Counted from the stretch's first letter, positions 53,983-64,000 are shown. The stretch is 64,000 nucleotides of DNA from a virus (IMGVR_UViG_3300042389_001427:7941-71940); one strand, 5' to 3'. Numbers and translations: made by a program. Notes: generated by a model not told the origin, from the sequence alone.

Positions 53983-55194
53983 ATGACACAACAAACACCG
54001 TCTGACGAAAACACCGCCGTAACAACCCCTGAATTGGAAGAGACAGGAGGGACCCTTTCATTTGATTCAGCGCGGAGCCTCCGAAGTGCGTTTGAGTCCG
54101 CTTCTTCAGAGCCGCCGCCCGCAGAGTCTAAAGAAGCCGCGCCTGCGCAGCCTAAAGAGGATGCTTCAAAGCAGGAGTCTTCACCGAAGGCAAAAGCGGC
54201 CCCCGCCGAAGTAAAAGCCCCCACCGCAGATGATTTGGCGCAAATTTTAGGCAAGAAAAAAGATGCCCCCGTTGAGTCGGACGACACTCCCCCCGAATTA
54301 AAACAAGCCACTGAACCGGCGCAAAAAGCCTTTGGTAAGTTGAACAAAGCCTATAAAGAAGAGAAGCGCCGCCGCGAAGAGTTGGAAGCCAAGCTCTCGG
54401 ATTTGGAGAAAACTCCCGTTGTTGACAGCACAGAAGTCGCAACTCTTAAAAAGCAAAACGAAGAATACGAACGGGAACTACAAGTAGCGCGCGTTGAGGC
54501 GACGCGAGAGTATAAAGATGCGGTTGTTGAGCCGATGAATTTGATCCGCAAGAATGTTGAAGTTTATGTTTCCAAGTATGATTTGAATGAGTCGGAAATC
54601 CTGTCTGCCTTTGGGGAATCCAACCTCGACACTCAAGCAGAAAAATTGAGTGACTTGGCTTCTGGCATGAATGATCGCGATCGAAACATTTTCTATAAAA
54701 TGGCGGATCGGTGGCTTGAGATTCAAGGCGTCCGCGAAAAAGTCACGACAAACGCCAAATTGGCTTTGGAGAAGTTAGAGGCGCACCGAAAAGAGGAGGG
54801 CCAAAAGCAGTCGGAGGAGCGCTCCAAGAAATATGCGGCTGCAATTGATTCCGCTTGGAGGGATTTGTCCGAAAAAGTTCCGATCTTTTCCCGCCGCGAT
54901 GGGGATGACGAATGGAACTCCGGGCTTGATCAAGCCTACCAATACTCAAAATCTCTTGATTTCGATCAGATGCAGGAGGCACAAAAATCGGATGTCGCAA
55001 TCCGGGCTTCCGCTGCGACTTTCTTATACGGAAACCTCATTGCTCTCTACGAAAAATACCAAGAAGCAGTGGGCGCGCTATCAAAATATCAATCTGCAAA
55101 ACCTGGAGCCGGAGGGGGTAGTTCTATCCCTGCAAAAGATGAGGGCCCGCAGCACGAAGATTTTATTGCGGCAATTAAAGCCGGTATTTCTTAA
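53983..55194 (+). CDS. Capsid scaffolding protein
   Basis: Acidic, disordered plus coiled-coil protein immediately upstream of the capsid gene. Confidence 0.7.
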   Translation: MTQQTPSDENTAVTTPELEETGGTLSFDSARSLRSAFESASSEPPPAESKEAAPAQPKEDASKQESSPKAKAAPAEVKAPTADDLAQILGKKKDAPVESDDTPPELKQATEPAQKAFGKLNKAYKEEKRRREELEAKLSDLEKTPVVDSTEVATLKKQNEEYERELQVARVEATREYKDAVVEPMNLIRKNVEVYVSKYDLNESEILSAFGESNLDTQAEKLSDLASGMNDRDRNIFYKMADRWLEIQGVREKVTTNAKLALEKLEAHRKEEGQKQSEERSKKYAAAIDSAWRDLSEKVPIFSRRDGDDEWNSGLDQAYQYSKSLDFDQMQEAQKSDVAIRASAATFLYGNLIALYEKYQEAVGALSKYQSAKPGAGGGSSIPAKDEGPQHEDFIAAIKAGIS

Positions 55195-55202
55195 AAAAAT
55201 AT

Positions 55203-55230
55203 TTGACAGATTTTTTTCTTCGTATAAATA
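55203..55230 (+). promoter_or_regulatory. Putative promoter for the capsid gene
   Basis: TTGACA at 55203 followed by an AT-rich TATAAATA; spacing imperfect. Confidence 0.4.
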
Positions 55231-55387
55231 AGTCTCTATAACGCTGACTGAAAGCGGTAAATTTCAGGATACAGTCTGAACTGCGTAAGGCCCTTTGGTT
55301 CGCAGGAAGGGGAAAGAAGCTAAGATCGTCTTCGTTACGCGAAGCACGATGTAGTTAAAACCACAACCTCAAAAGAAAACCAAAATT

Positions 55388-56620
55388 ATGCCTTGTAACA
55401 ATATCGAACAGCTGTTCATTGAACACGCTGGACTTATCCGAAACAATGTTTCCAAAAACATTATCAATAGCGACTTCTACCTTAAATACCTCCCCCGCGA
55501 CAAGTGGTTGGATGGTCAAGGGACAGTCTACCAATACCCTATCTACGAGCGTTCGCTTCCGACTAACCCAGTAAGTTTTACAAACTGGACTTCTTCGAAC
55601 GGCGAAGCTGGTGGGGCTTGCCAAATCACGGGACAGAAAATCGATAACTTCGGTATTTCCACCCGTTCCACTCAACTCAAGAAAGCGGCTCTTAACTCGC
55701 CCGACATCTGCTTGGACGATCTCCGCTTTGCTTGGCAAGTTGAAGACCAGATCAAAAATGTTGTCCGAGTCCTCTCGGAGAACTCAAAATATGTCTGGAC
55801 CAACGCTTATCAAGATGAGTATATCGCGGCCTGCGGCAACAAACTTGTGCCCCGCGCAGCGACTACTGGCGCAACCCCGACTCCTGCAAGCATCATCACA
55901 GGTTCTACTTTCGCGAACGGAGCCAATCTCAACGCGACTAGCAAGCTAACCTGGGGCACTCTGGAACACATCTACGAGCAGCTCGGATACTTCGGCGGCA
56001 GCCTTAATCCGTTTGCCCGAGTAGATGAAATGACTCCAATCTATGCTGCAGTCGGCGACCGCTTCACTTTCCACGATTTGAAGCGTCAAGACGGCAACAC
56101 CCGCGATGACTTCCGCTACGCCTACGAAGGTTCTGAGCGCGGATCAGCCATGCTTGAGGCTCCAGGGCTTAATGGCGTATATCGCGGGTTCCGGTTCTTT
56201 ACTGTGGAGTTCCCTCCTCGGTATGACTGGGTGGGTAACGCTTGGGTCCGCCGCCTTCCTTTCGACGGCACTGATCCTACCTCCCGCATCCTGACAAACA
56301 AAGAGGGTCACGGGTGGGAAGTTAGTGCTGCCTATAAAAATGCGGCATACACCGACACGACCATCTACCATGCTGATGTGATGAAAATCCTCGTGCCTAA
56401 ACCAGTTGGTGTCGGCGGCGGGATGTCCTACAACCCACAGCATTCTTGGACTGGTGAGTTCGTCTGGCGCAACATCCCAGATCGCGAATGCAACATCGAC
56501 AACAACACCGGGTTCTTCCGCGCTCTGTTCGCGTATGGTCCGAAAATCGAACGCCCTGACTTGGGCTTCGTCGTTCGTCACCTGCGCTGCCAACGCGCGC
56601 TTGATCTGGTTGCTTGCTAA
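55388..56620 (+). CDS. Major capsid protein
   Basis: 410 aa; strongly biased C-ending codons; after the scaffold gene; long leader and downstream terminator. Confidence 0.8.
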   Translation: MPCNNIEQLFIEHAGLIRNNVSKNIINSDFYLKYLPRDKWLDGQGTVYQYPIYERSLPTNPVSFTNWTSSNGEAGGACQITGQKIDNFGISTRSTQLKKAALNSPDICLDDLRFAWQVEDQIKNVVRVLSENSKYVWTNAYQDEYIAACGNKLVPRAATTGATPTPASIITGSTFANGANLNATSKLTWGTLEHIYEQLGYFGGSLNPFARVDEMTPIYAAVGDRFTFHDLKRQDGNTRDDFRYAYEGSERGSAMLEAPGLNGVYRGFRFFTVEFPPRYDWVGNAWVRRLPFDGTDPTSRILTNKEGHGWEVSAAYKNAAYTDTTIYHADVMKILVPKPVGVGGGMSYNPQHSWTGEFVWRNIPDRECNIDNNTGFFRALFAYGPKIERPDLGFVVRHLRCQRALDLVAC

Positions 56621-56635
56621 CCCCTAGCTAAAACT

Positions 56636-56683
56636 CGGAGCCCCCTTGGTAAATTCTCCAAGGGGGCCCGACTTTAATTTTTT
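56636..56683 (+). terminator. Rho-independent terminator after the capsid gene
   Basis: GCCCCCTTGG-loop-CCAAGGGGGC followed by a T-rich tract. Confidence 0.8.
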
Positions 56684-56688
56684 ATATT

Positions 56689-56940
56689 ATGACCGACATC
56701 ACTTTTCCAATTCCCGATGGCATGGTTCCCCCAGAGGGAGCTTCGGAAGGCTCGACTTTTGAAGCTCTCGCCACTCTCAAGTTGATGGATGGCGCGCTTG
56801 TTTTGCTTGAGATCGACGGTCTGCCAGTTGGCGGAGAGCCGCCCGAAAAGCCAATTGCTTCTACAAACGATGAAGATTTTATTTCTGTGATCGGGAATAA
56901 ATTCCAACCCGCCCAACCGCCCGCCGCCCCGGAGGAGTGA
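56689..56940 (+). CDS. Hypothetical protein
   Basis: ATG ORF between capsid and tail genes. Confidence 0.65.
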   Translation: MTDITFPIPDGMVPPEGASEGSTFEALATLKLMDGALVLLEIDGLPVGGEPPEKPIASTNDEDFISVIGNKFQPAQPPAAPEE

Positions 56941-56945
56941 TCTAA

Positions 56946-59030
56946 ATGATCGTCGACCCTGAACGATTGGTCGATGGATTCCGAGGGATGCTCGGAATGG
57001 ATGGTAGCCGTGACCCTTCGCAGATTAATGTGAAGGCGGCGTCTTACGCTGTGAATTGCACCTTTCGCGGCGGCGGCGGCCCCCGGACTCGCCCTGGGTT
57101 CAAAGAAATTCCGTATAACTATTGGAGAAACCCGACGAATACTTCGGACGCCGAGTATTATTTAGATTTGGCCCACGAAGGTTCGACTTCGAGATCGAGG
57201 TTTCAAACTTACATTCGCGGCGGAAAGTTCTTTCAAGGGGCACTTGTATACAACGACCCGCGCCAAGGAAACCCCACTCAAATCATTTTAGTTGTTGATG
57301 GGTGGATTATGTCACTTAATTTTGCGGAAAGTTCTTGTTTTCTTTTAAATCCGGGGCAGAGGCTCGCTAACAACCTTAAATGTTATTTGTGCCAAGCCGA
57401 GAGATTTTTGATCATTCAAGATGGCGTTAGCCATCCGCTGGTCTTTGATGGGTATTCAATCCGCAGAGCCGATTCTTTTGGGAGTCCTTGCGTTCCAACA
57501 GGAAAACAGATGGCGTATGGACACGGAAGATTGTTTGTTGCAGTAAATGATGGCACTGAAATTGTAGCGGGGGATATTATTTACGGCGGCAGCACTGAAA
57601 GCCTCGAGATTACTACAAGCTCGGTGGATTTTCCGACGACTTTGACGACCCCCGAAGATCACGGGTTTCAACCCGGCGATTTAGTCACAATTTCCGGGCA
57701 TAGTAGTGTTCCGAGGATTGATGGAACATATTATATTTCAGCAACCCCCGCCTCAAACAAATTAACGATCCCTGCTGCGGTGGCGTCTCCGGGGCTAGGC
57801 GGGTTTGTTTACAAATTCAATGGGGGTAGCGACGAGGATTTGCTGCTCACTAACGAAACAACATACTTGGCCGAGGGCGGGTCGTTTTCACTTCCGGGAG
57901 AGATGGGGCGGGTCAAAACTTTGCAGTTTATCCCTGTGCAAGATGATACGACCGGCCAAGGGGACCTAATTGCTTTTTGCGAACGCGGCGCGGCATCTTA
58001 TCAAGTAAACCTAAATCGCGTAGATTGGAAAAACACACGCGGGTTCCAACGAGTTATGTTTTTAGGCATCGGATCGGCAGCAGAATCCGCCGTCGCGATA
58101 AATGGGGACATATTCTTTAGAAGCCTAGAGGGCAATGGGATTCGCACTTACAGGAGTGCAAGAGCCGAATTTGATAGCTACGGGCAAACCCCGTTGTCCG
58201 CAGAAATTGATCCCGTTTTAAATCAGGACACGGATTGGATGCTAGAAAATGTTAGTTTTTTATATTTTGATGATAGGTTGTTAATGACTTGTCACCCGAA
58301 AGGAGTTGTTACAGCGCAGCCTAATAGCGCTCTTGAAGAAGAAGCCGCTAAAACCCCCATACCCATCACTTATTCAGGAATCGCGGTGTTAGACTTCCGA
58401 AGCGTCTCCTCTATTGATGGGAAGGCGGCGGCTGCTTACGATGGCCTTTGGGAGGGGCTAAATATTTTGTCCTTGGTAGGAGGACAGATTGACGGAGTCC
58501 ATAGAGCGTTTGCGGTTGTTCTGAACAACGGCTTCCATGAGTTCTGGGAAATCTCATCTAACGATGAGTTTGATTCTTTCAACTCGGTTTCTGACGCCGG
58601 CGTTAGACCTATCGTAGCCTCCATCACAACTAAACATTTTAATTTTGACTCTGAAATGAGCCAGAAAAAGCTCATCCGAGGCGATGCTTGGTTCGATGAT
58701 TTGGGTGGGGGCCCCTCGCAAGAATTCTCGGCAAAAGTGTGGTATCGACCGGACAATCACCCCAACTGGGTTTATTGGACTGATTTTTCAAAATGCTTTA
58801 TTACCGAGCAAACAATCGCGGCGGGCGGCTCCCTACAAACTCTGTCTCGGGGGTATTCACCTCAAATTAGGTTTCCCACCCCTGGGCTTCAAAAAAACCC
58901 CTCCACGGACTTGCCTCTATACTTGGGATACGAGTTTGGAATAAAAATCGAATGGCGCGGGCGGGCGAGGCTTAACAAATTTTTGCTTCATGCCTTGAAA
59001 CAAATAGAATCTGTAGGGGGTGCGATATAA
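56946..59030 (+). CDS. Tail nozzle/hub (tubular B or P22 gp10-like) with an inserted beta domain
   Basis: Beta-propeller-like (YGHGRLFVA, NGDIFFRS, FDDRLL); insertion TTPEDHGFQPGDLVTISG. Confidence 0.65.
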   Translation: MIVDPERLVDGFRGMLGMDGSRDPSQINVKAASYAVNCTFRGGGGPRTRPGFKEIPYNYWRNPTNTSDAEYYLDLAHEGSTSRSRFQTYIRGGKFFQGALVYNDPRQGNPTQIILVVDGWIMSLNFAESSCFLLNPGQRLANNLKCYLCQAERFLIIQDGVSHPLVFDGYSIRRADSFGSPCVPTGKQMAYGHGRLFVAVNDGTEIVAGDIIYGGSTESLEITTSSVDFPTTLTTPEDHGFQPGDLVTISGHSSVPRIDGTYYISATPASNKLTIPAAVASPGLGGFVYKFNGGSDEDLLLTNETTYLAEGGSFSLPGEMGRVKTLQFIPVQDDTTGQGDLIAFCERGAASYQVNLNRVDWKNTRGFQRVMFLGIGSAAESAVAINGDIFFRSLEGNGIRTYRSARAEFDSYGQTPLSAEIDPVLNQDTDWMLENVSFLYFDDRLLMTCHPKGVVTAQPNSALEEEAAKTPIPITYSGIAVLDFRSVSSIDGKAAAAYDGLWEGLNILSLVGGQIDGVHRAFAVVLNNGFHEFWEISSNDEFDSFNSVSDAGVRPIVASITTKHFNFDSEMSQKKLIRGDAWFDDLGGGPSQEFSAKVWYRPDNHPNWVYWTDFSKCFITEQTIAAGGSLQTLSRGYSPQIRFPTPGLQKNPSTDLPLYLGYEFGIKIEWRGRARLNKFLLHALKQIESVGGAI

Positions 59031-59227
59031 TGTCGTGCGTAACTTTGCCGATTTTACCAACCGATCCGGGCTATGTCCAATATAGCTCCGGGGCTGCGCC
59101 CATTGAGTCGGGCTTCAATCTTGTTATTAACGACAGCACCCAAGCTGCGACTCCTCAATATTTTTTGTGTATCGATGATTCAGATGTTGCGGACAACTTA
59201 AAAAATCGTAAACTCATTATTGTTTAA
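59030..59227 (+). CDS. Hypothetical protein
   Basis: TAATG coupling. Confidence 0.55.
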   Translation: MSCVTLPILPTDPGYVQYSSGAAPIESGFNLVINDSTQAATPQYFLCIDDSDVADNLKNRKLIIV

Positions 59228-59228
59228 A

Positions 59229-61022
59229 ATGCCGTATTCAACAAACAAAACTATCGAAGGGCTAGACTCTATAACGGGCGATGTCGCAGCCACTGATCAT
59301 TCTATAATTAGTCGTGCCGGGGCGACATACCGAGCAACTTACGATAAGGTATTAAATTTTATTTTCGGCGCAAAAACCGAACAAACCACTACAAATATAT
59401 CTGATGTAGTGCTTTTTAGGCGGGGCACTGCAGTTAATCAAGCCACGCTCGCCAATCTGCTCCCGGCAAGTTCAGTCGTAACCGATAAGATAAACAACGG
59501 CGCGATCACCGCCGCAAAGCTAGCGTCATCCGCCAACTCGGGGGACCGAGCGGTAGGGTCATTGCACATTCAAGATTCGGCTGTTGAAAATTCCCGTATC
59601 GCCAGCGGAGCGGTCACAGAAACTAAAATGGCTTCGGATTCCATCAATACCGCCGCCTTAAAAGCTAATTGTGTTACTAATGAAAAAATTGAGGCAAACA
59701 CAATATTGAGCACAAAATTATCGCAAACCGCTACTGACACTGTGCCTACCGGAAACTTTCGTAGAACACTTTATTTTTTGAATCCCCCGGCGTTTAATGA
59801 ATGGGAGACTTATTCAAGCGCAACAAATCTTCCCGTCTCTTCCTTGCTACATTATAGAACTTTTAATCGAAACCTGGGGCGGCCGCTGCTCAACATAACT
59901 ACTCCAAAAACAACATTCCCCGGAGGGACCGGATCAGTAACAACCTTTGGCGGGGCTTTTAGCGGCAGCGTTCTCTTACCAGACGGGCGCATTTTTTTAG
60001 TTCCTTTCAACCACAATGAAGTTTGGATTTATGATCCCGAAAAAGATTCGGTAACGATTCCATCGCAGCCGAGCCCGGCGCTTACCCCGACGGCTCAACT
60101 TTTTATGGGCGGCATTTTGATGCCGCCAGCAGCTAACAATACTCACACCGCGAATAGTTATCGAGTCTTATGTATTCCGTATAATAGAAAACGAGTTTTG
60201 ATATACGATTGTGCGTCCAATAGTTTGTCTTGGGGCGGCTCTGGAGACACTTCGGCTTTAGTAAACAAAGCCTTTTGCGGCGGAGTTCTGCTTCCAATAG
60301 AAAGCGGCAGCGGGACCCAAAGAAGGGCGCTTTTAGCTCCTTACGACAACAATCAAGCATACACGATGACTTACGCGGGTGAACTTGCGGTTGTTTCTGG
60401 GATAAATCTTACAACCCCTCGGGCGCACGGAGCGGTTTTGACTTCGAGTGGGAACGCGGTATTTTTTACGAGCACCGGAAGGGGCGTTTATAACACCACT
60501 AACAATTCCGCCACTCATTCCACACTCACCAGCGGGTTTAATTGCTACCCAGTCGCGACTGCCGATGGGCAGCAAATTCTAATCCCTATTTCTGGCGGCA
60601 ATATTTTGCGGGTAAACGATTCAACTGGGTCTTCGCTTTTTACCCACGGAGCTACTCTACAGGGCTCTAACAATTGTTGTTTTGGAGCGATTAGGTTTCC
60701 CTGTGGGACTATCTTGGCACTCGGAATGGGAGCGCAACTTGGAGGATTTTTGATTGATGAAACCGACACCTCCAACTCTACAGGGGTTGTAACATTTCTT
60801 CCGGCGTCAGCGTTTAATTCGCCTGCTTGGAGTGGGGGCGCAAATTCCGGCGTGGGGGCAGATTTGGGGCGATCCCCGTTTAGCGGCGGCGTTCTTCTCC
60901 CCGATGGGCGGGCGTTCATTACGCCCTGCACTAGCACAACCGCCCGAATAGTTTCACTCCGAACCTCCGTGTGCCCGCCGGATTGGAATGTAATTTTAGG
61001 CCCAAACAACAATAAACTTTAA
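59229..61022 (+). CDS. Tail fibre/spike protein
   Basis: AVTxxKI repeats followed by propeller repeats (GxVLLPDGR.F..P). Confidence 0.75.
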   Translation: MPYSTNKTIEGLDSITGDVAATDHSIISRAGATYRATYDKVLNFIFGAKTEQTTTNISDVVLFRRGTAVNQATLANLLPASSVVTDKINNGAITAAKLASSANSGDRAVGSLHIQDSAVENSRIASGAVTETKMASDSINTAALKANCVTNEKIEANTILSTKLSQTATDTVPTGNFRRTLYFLNPPAFNEWETYSSATNLPVSSLLHYRTFNRNLGRPLLNITTPKTTFPGGTGSVTTFGGAFSGSVLLPDGRIFLVPFNHNEVWIYDPEKDSVTIPSQPSPALTPTAQLFMGGILMPPAANNTHTANSYRVLCIPYNRKRVLIYDCASNSLSWGGSGDTSALVNKAFCGGVLLPIESGSGTQRRALLAPYDNNQAYTMTYAGELAVVSGINLTTPRAHGAVLTSSGNAVFFTSTGRGVYNTTNNSATHSTLTSGFNCYPVATADGQQILIPISGGNILRVNDSTGSSLFTHGATLQGSNNCCFGAIRFPCGTILALGMGAQLGGFLIDETDTSNSTGVVTFLPASAFNSPAWSGGANSGVGADLGRSPFSGGVLLPDGRAFITPCTSTTARIVSLRTSVCPPDWNVILGPNNNKL

Positions 61023-61023
61023 T

Positions 61024-61743
61024 ATGGCACTCGTCCCAGGAACTCTCACAACGGCTGAAAATATTTACCCGGCCGCTCCGCAAACTTTACTAAATACTTT
61101 TGCGAGCAAGCTAACCGCACCGCCATCTAAAAAGGCGCTATTTTCTCAAAGTTCTTCTACGAATATCCCCATTGACGGAAGCGCGCTATGGCACAACACG
61201 CTTGATAACACCATACGGGCTTTTTCTTCTAGCCAGTGGAGGAGTTTATTGGGGCAAAATCTTGTATCAAATGAATATAATAATACGGCGACTATTGATG
61301 GCTCGACTGCCTCGAATCGTTATGCGGCGGGTTCAGCCCCCACCTCTCCTAATGGCGCTGTATTGGTTTCATCGATTATTAGAATGAGTTCGACTACAAA
61401 TCGTGTTGAGGGCCGAATTAGCATACCTATTGTCGCCGGCCGCGTTGGGAGCAGCGCTGGAAATGCGGTTATGGTAGTGGCTATTTTCAAAGACTCCGAC
61501 ACAACGGCGTTTCAAACCGGGGTCCTTACGATCCCCGCACACACTGAATTCTCCTCTTTTGCGATGTCCTTTTCACACGCGCCAGTTGCTTTGGGCAATG
61601 TTACTTATACTGTGCGCGTAGGCGTAGGCGGAGCCAATGCCTCAACTACTATTTTAGGCATCAACAGGACGATTGATAGCGCGAGCGCGGTTTACGCCGC
61701 GACCGGCAAAGTTAGCCTGCAACTTGAAGAAAGACACATATGA
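61024..61743 (+). CDS. Tail fibre-related protein
   Basis: GSALWHNT..W motif; beta-sandwich C-terminus. Confidence 0.6.
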   Translation: MALVPGTLTTAENIYPAAPQTLLNTFASKLTAPPSKKALFSQSSSTNIPIDGSALWHNTLDNTIRAFSSSQWRSLLGQNLVSNEYNNTATIDGSTASNRYAAGSAPTSPNGAVLVSSIIRMSSTTNRVEGRISIPIVAGRVGSSAGNAVMVVAIFKDSDTTAFQTGVLTIPAHTEFSSFAMSFSHAPVALGNVTYTVRVGVGGANASTTILGINRTIDSASAVYAATGKVSLQLEERHI

Positions 61744-61922
61744 ACTTTGAAATTGAGTCCGCTACTTTTTCGAACCCGGATAACACCGCTATTTTAGCGC
61801 AAACAACAATTGGGGCAGTTGTGATTCAGTTGCCGCCGGCAAAAGAAAATGTTGTAGGCAGCCACGCTGCATACGCTCGATGGGTCGCTTCCGGGAATAA
61901 ACCTCAACCCTTTGAAAACTAA
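61740..61922 (+). CDS. Small fibre-associated protein
   Basis: YARWVASGNKPQP. Confidence 0.55.
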   Translation: MNFEIESATFSNPDNTAILAQTTIGAVVIQLPPAKENVVGSHAAYARWVASGNKPQPFEN

Positions 61923-64000
61923 TGCCTGTTAGCTTCATAGCCGCCCGAAACTATTTAGCCCCGTATGTCGATAACGGAGTGGCCGCGGACAATGTTGCCC
62001 GTATTGATTCGCGCATCAATGAAGCGCAACGCCGATTGATCGACCACCATAATTTTATTTCGCGAACGGAAGAATACGAAAAAGCCGCGCTCGCCTGGCA
62101 GGAAGGCGGGACGACCGCAAACCCCGCAACCGGGTTTTTAATTTTAGACAATATCGACGCCACGAAAAATATGATTCTCTCCTTGTGGCGGGAAGAGAAC
62201 AATAGTTTAGAAAACGCGGATACTCTTCAAAAAAGAGCTTTCGATTATGTTGAGAAAGTCCTCTACAACGAAATTGACCGCGCCCGAAAGTCGGAGTTCC
62301 AAACTTTAGCGGGAGCATCCCAAAACACCTTCGGGGGGCTTTGCGGAAGAATCGGGCTTGAAGTGATGCCCCGTTATCGCATCCCGCAGAGCCGCATAAA
62401 GTCTTACATTAATCAGGCGTATCAACAGGCAATCGATCACCATAATTTCGTATCGCGAGCCGAGGAGCTTGCCAAAACCTCCATAGTTTTTTCCGCGCTT
62501 ACTTCGGATTCACAACAATTCGATCCTTCAATCCCCTCTGAAATTGTCCGCTTGCTCGCAGTCGGGATAATCATGCTTGATAACGGGGCGGATGGCTCCG
62601 GGTTAAAAAAACAGGCTTTCGATCTATTGGAACGGAATGTGATGTCAATCGTAGAGAGGACCCGCAAAGACTCCTCTGGGGAGATTGGCAGGTTGCACAA
62701 CGAAATTTTAGGCGGCACTCTTTATTCATCCGCGCGCCTGCAGACCTTTTTAGATCAAGCCGCCGCCGAAGCCGCCGCTCACTGGAGATTTTTAGCCCGG
62801 CGCGAAGACAATTCTTCGGGCGAACTCCCAAGCCCGTTTTCTTTTGAAGTTCGAAAAAAACTTGTCGAATCATATTGCGCGATTTCAAAGGGAACCCCGG
62901 AAGTGGCGGCGAGCCTCAAAGCAGAAGCGTTTTCATTAATCGAGCGAGATTTAATCGCATCAGTCGAGGCGGATCGAAAAGTTAAACCTGGGTTAGTTGG
63001 GAGATTGCATAATGAATTATTCGAAGGGATTAAAATTGCCTCGGACAGATTAATTACATTAATCGCCGAAGCTAAAGCCGATGCGCTTCAATTTGCGGCT
63101 TTTATCGGCCGCCGCGAAGACTTTTTCGACGGGCTAGCCCTTTTTGAAAGTCATCTTACAGATGAAGAGGCATCTTCAGAAATCGTTAAAAAATTTGTAG
63201 AGTCTTTTTTGGCAACTTCTCGAAACGAGGTTGAGTTTGCGACAAAAATAAAAGAGGAGGCGCTATCTTTAGTTGAGAGATTTATAGTTACAAAAGCAGA
63301 AAACGCAAGAAGGACTGCCGCAGGGGAAGAAGGCAAACTCCACAACGAGCTTCCCAACGGTCTTTCGTATCCTACCACTCGGTTGACTGCTTTTCTCTCC
63401 CAAGCCAACACGGAGGCTGGAGCGCACTATGACTTCCTTGCCCGCAAGGAAGAATACGCCGGGGCGACAAAGCCCGCGTCTTTCTCTTACGAAATTCGGA
63501 AGAAACTTGTGGAGTCCTACATTGCCACTTCCCAAGCGGCGGCGGAAGTTGCCAGCAAGCTCAAGGAAGAAGCCTTCGCCCTTGTCGAAAGGGATTTGAT
63601 GTTTGCGGTGGAAAACGCAAGAAGGACTGCCGCAGGGGAAGAAGGCAAACTCCACAACGAGCTTCCCAACGGTCTTTCGTATCCTACCACTCGGTTGACT
63701 GCTTTTCTCTCCCAAGCCAACACGGAAGCTGGAGCGCACTATGACTTCCTTGCCCGCAAGGAAGAATACGCCGGGGCGACAAAGCCCGCGTCTTTCTCTT
63801 ATGAAATTCGGAAGAAACTTGTGGAGTCCTACATTGCCACTTCCCAAGCGGCGGCGGAAGTTGCCAGCAAGCTCAAGGAAGAAGCCTTCGCCCTTGTCGA
63901 AAGGGATTTGATGTTTGCGGTGGAAAACGCAAGAAGGACTGCCGCAGGGGAAGAAGGCAAACTCCACAACGAGCTTCCCAACGGTCTTTCGTATCCTACC
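61922..64000 (+). CDS. Virion protein of tandem ~100-aa helical units (adaptor/tubular A-like); runs off the window, not in ORF track
   Basis: TAATG-coupled start MPVSFIAARNYLAPYVD...RINEAQRRL; no in-frame stop seen before the window end. Confidence 0.75.
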   Translation, partial: MPVSFIAARNYLAPYVDNGVAADNVARIDSRINEAQRRLIDHHNFISRTEEYEKAALAWQEGGTTANPATGFLILDNIDATKNMILSLWREENNSLENADTLQKRAFDYVEKVLYNEIDRARKSEFQTLAGASQNTFGGLCGRIGLEVMPRYRIPQSRIKSYINQAYQQAIDHHNFVSRAEELAKTSIVFSALTSDSQQFDPSIPSEIVRLLAVGIIMLDNGADGSGLKKQAFDLLERNVMSIVERTRKDSSGEIGRLHNEILGGTLYSSARLQTFLDQAAAEAAAHWRFLARREDNSSGELPSPFSFEVRKKLVESYCAISKGTPEVAASLKAEAFSLIERDLIASVEADRKVKPGLVGRLHNELFEGIKIASDRLITLIAEAKADALQFAAFIGRREDFFDGLALFESHLTDEEASSEIVKKFVESFLATSRNEVEFATKIKEEALSLVERFIVTKAENARRTAAGEEGKLHNELPNGLSYPTTRLTAFLSQANTEAGAHYDFLARKEEYAGATKPASFSYEIRKKLVESYIATSQAAAEVASKLKEEAFALVERDLMFAVENARRTAAGEEGKLHNELPNGLSYPTTRLTAFLSQANTEAGAHYDFLARKEEYAGATKPASFSYEIRKKLVESYIATSQAAAEVASKLKEEAFALVERDLMFAVENARRTAAGEEGKLHNELPNGLSYPT
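63299..64000 (+). repeat. 312-bp near-perfect tandem repeat (at least 2.2 copies)
   Basis: gaaaacgcaagaaggactgccgcagg at 63299, 63611 and 63923. Confidence 0.95.

Noticed and set aside
63269-63967. 232-aa minus-strand repeat ORF
   Set aside because: Shadow of the plus-strand ORF starting at 61922, whose repeats extend to diverged upstream units.
1-64000. Diversity-generating retroelement, retron, intron/intein or stop-codon recoding
   Set aside because: No reverse transcriptase motif, no adenine-specific repeat pair, core genes uninterrupted, and genes terminate normally under the standard code.

Overview
The window is a large part of one temperate, probably podovirus-like dsDNA phage genome in non-integrated form: an intact tRNA-3'-end attP lies between the integrase and terL, with phage genes on both sides. 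The host is possibly Verrucomicrobiota (inference only). Layout: 1-8.8 kb (+) giant polyvalent/internal virion protein. 8.8-23.9 kb (-) early/accessory region of many small genes (GT2-methyltransferase fusion, GP88, HhH glycosylase, DUF1281-like, amidoligase plus class-II glutamine amidotransferase), punctuated by a repeated intergenic module. 24-26 kb (+) terS, an atypical tRNA-Met, a candidate ncRNA and a candidate origin. 26-40.5 kb (-) replication/lysogeny module (dCMP deaminase, SF3-type helicase, primase, C5-MTase, family-A polymerase, SSB, 2OG-Fe(II) oxygenase, helicase-nuclease fusion, resolvase, HTH/RHH regulators, tyrosine integrase). 40.8-64 kb (+) packaging, lysis and virion genes. 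Most notable: (1) 13 copies of the palindrome ATCCGTT-N-AACGGAT and 9 copies of GTTC-N6/7-GAAC delimit the early genes like cassettes; (2) the C5-methyltransferase locus is open in two overlapping frames over about 1.7 kb with its motifs split between them; (3) a virion gene missing from the ORF track is built from tandem ~104-aa units with recent 312-bp duplications; (4) there are several candidate structured RNAs. All product calls come from motif recognition by eye; no searches were run.
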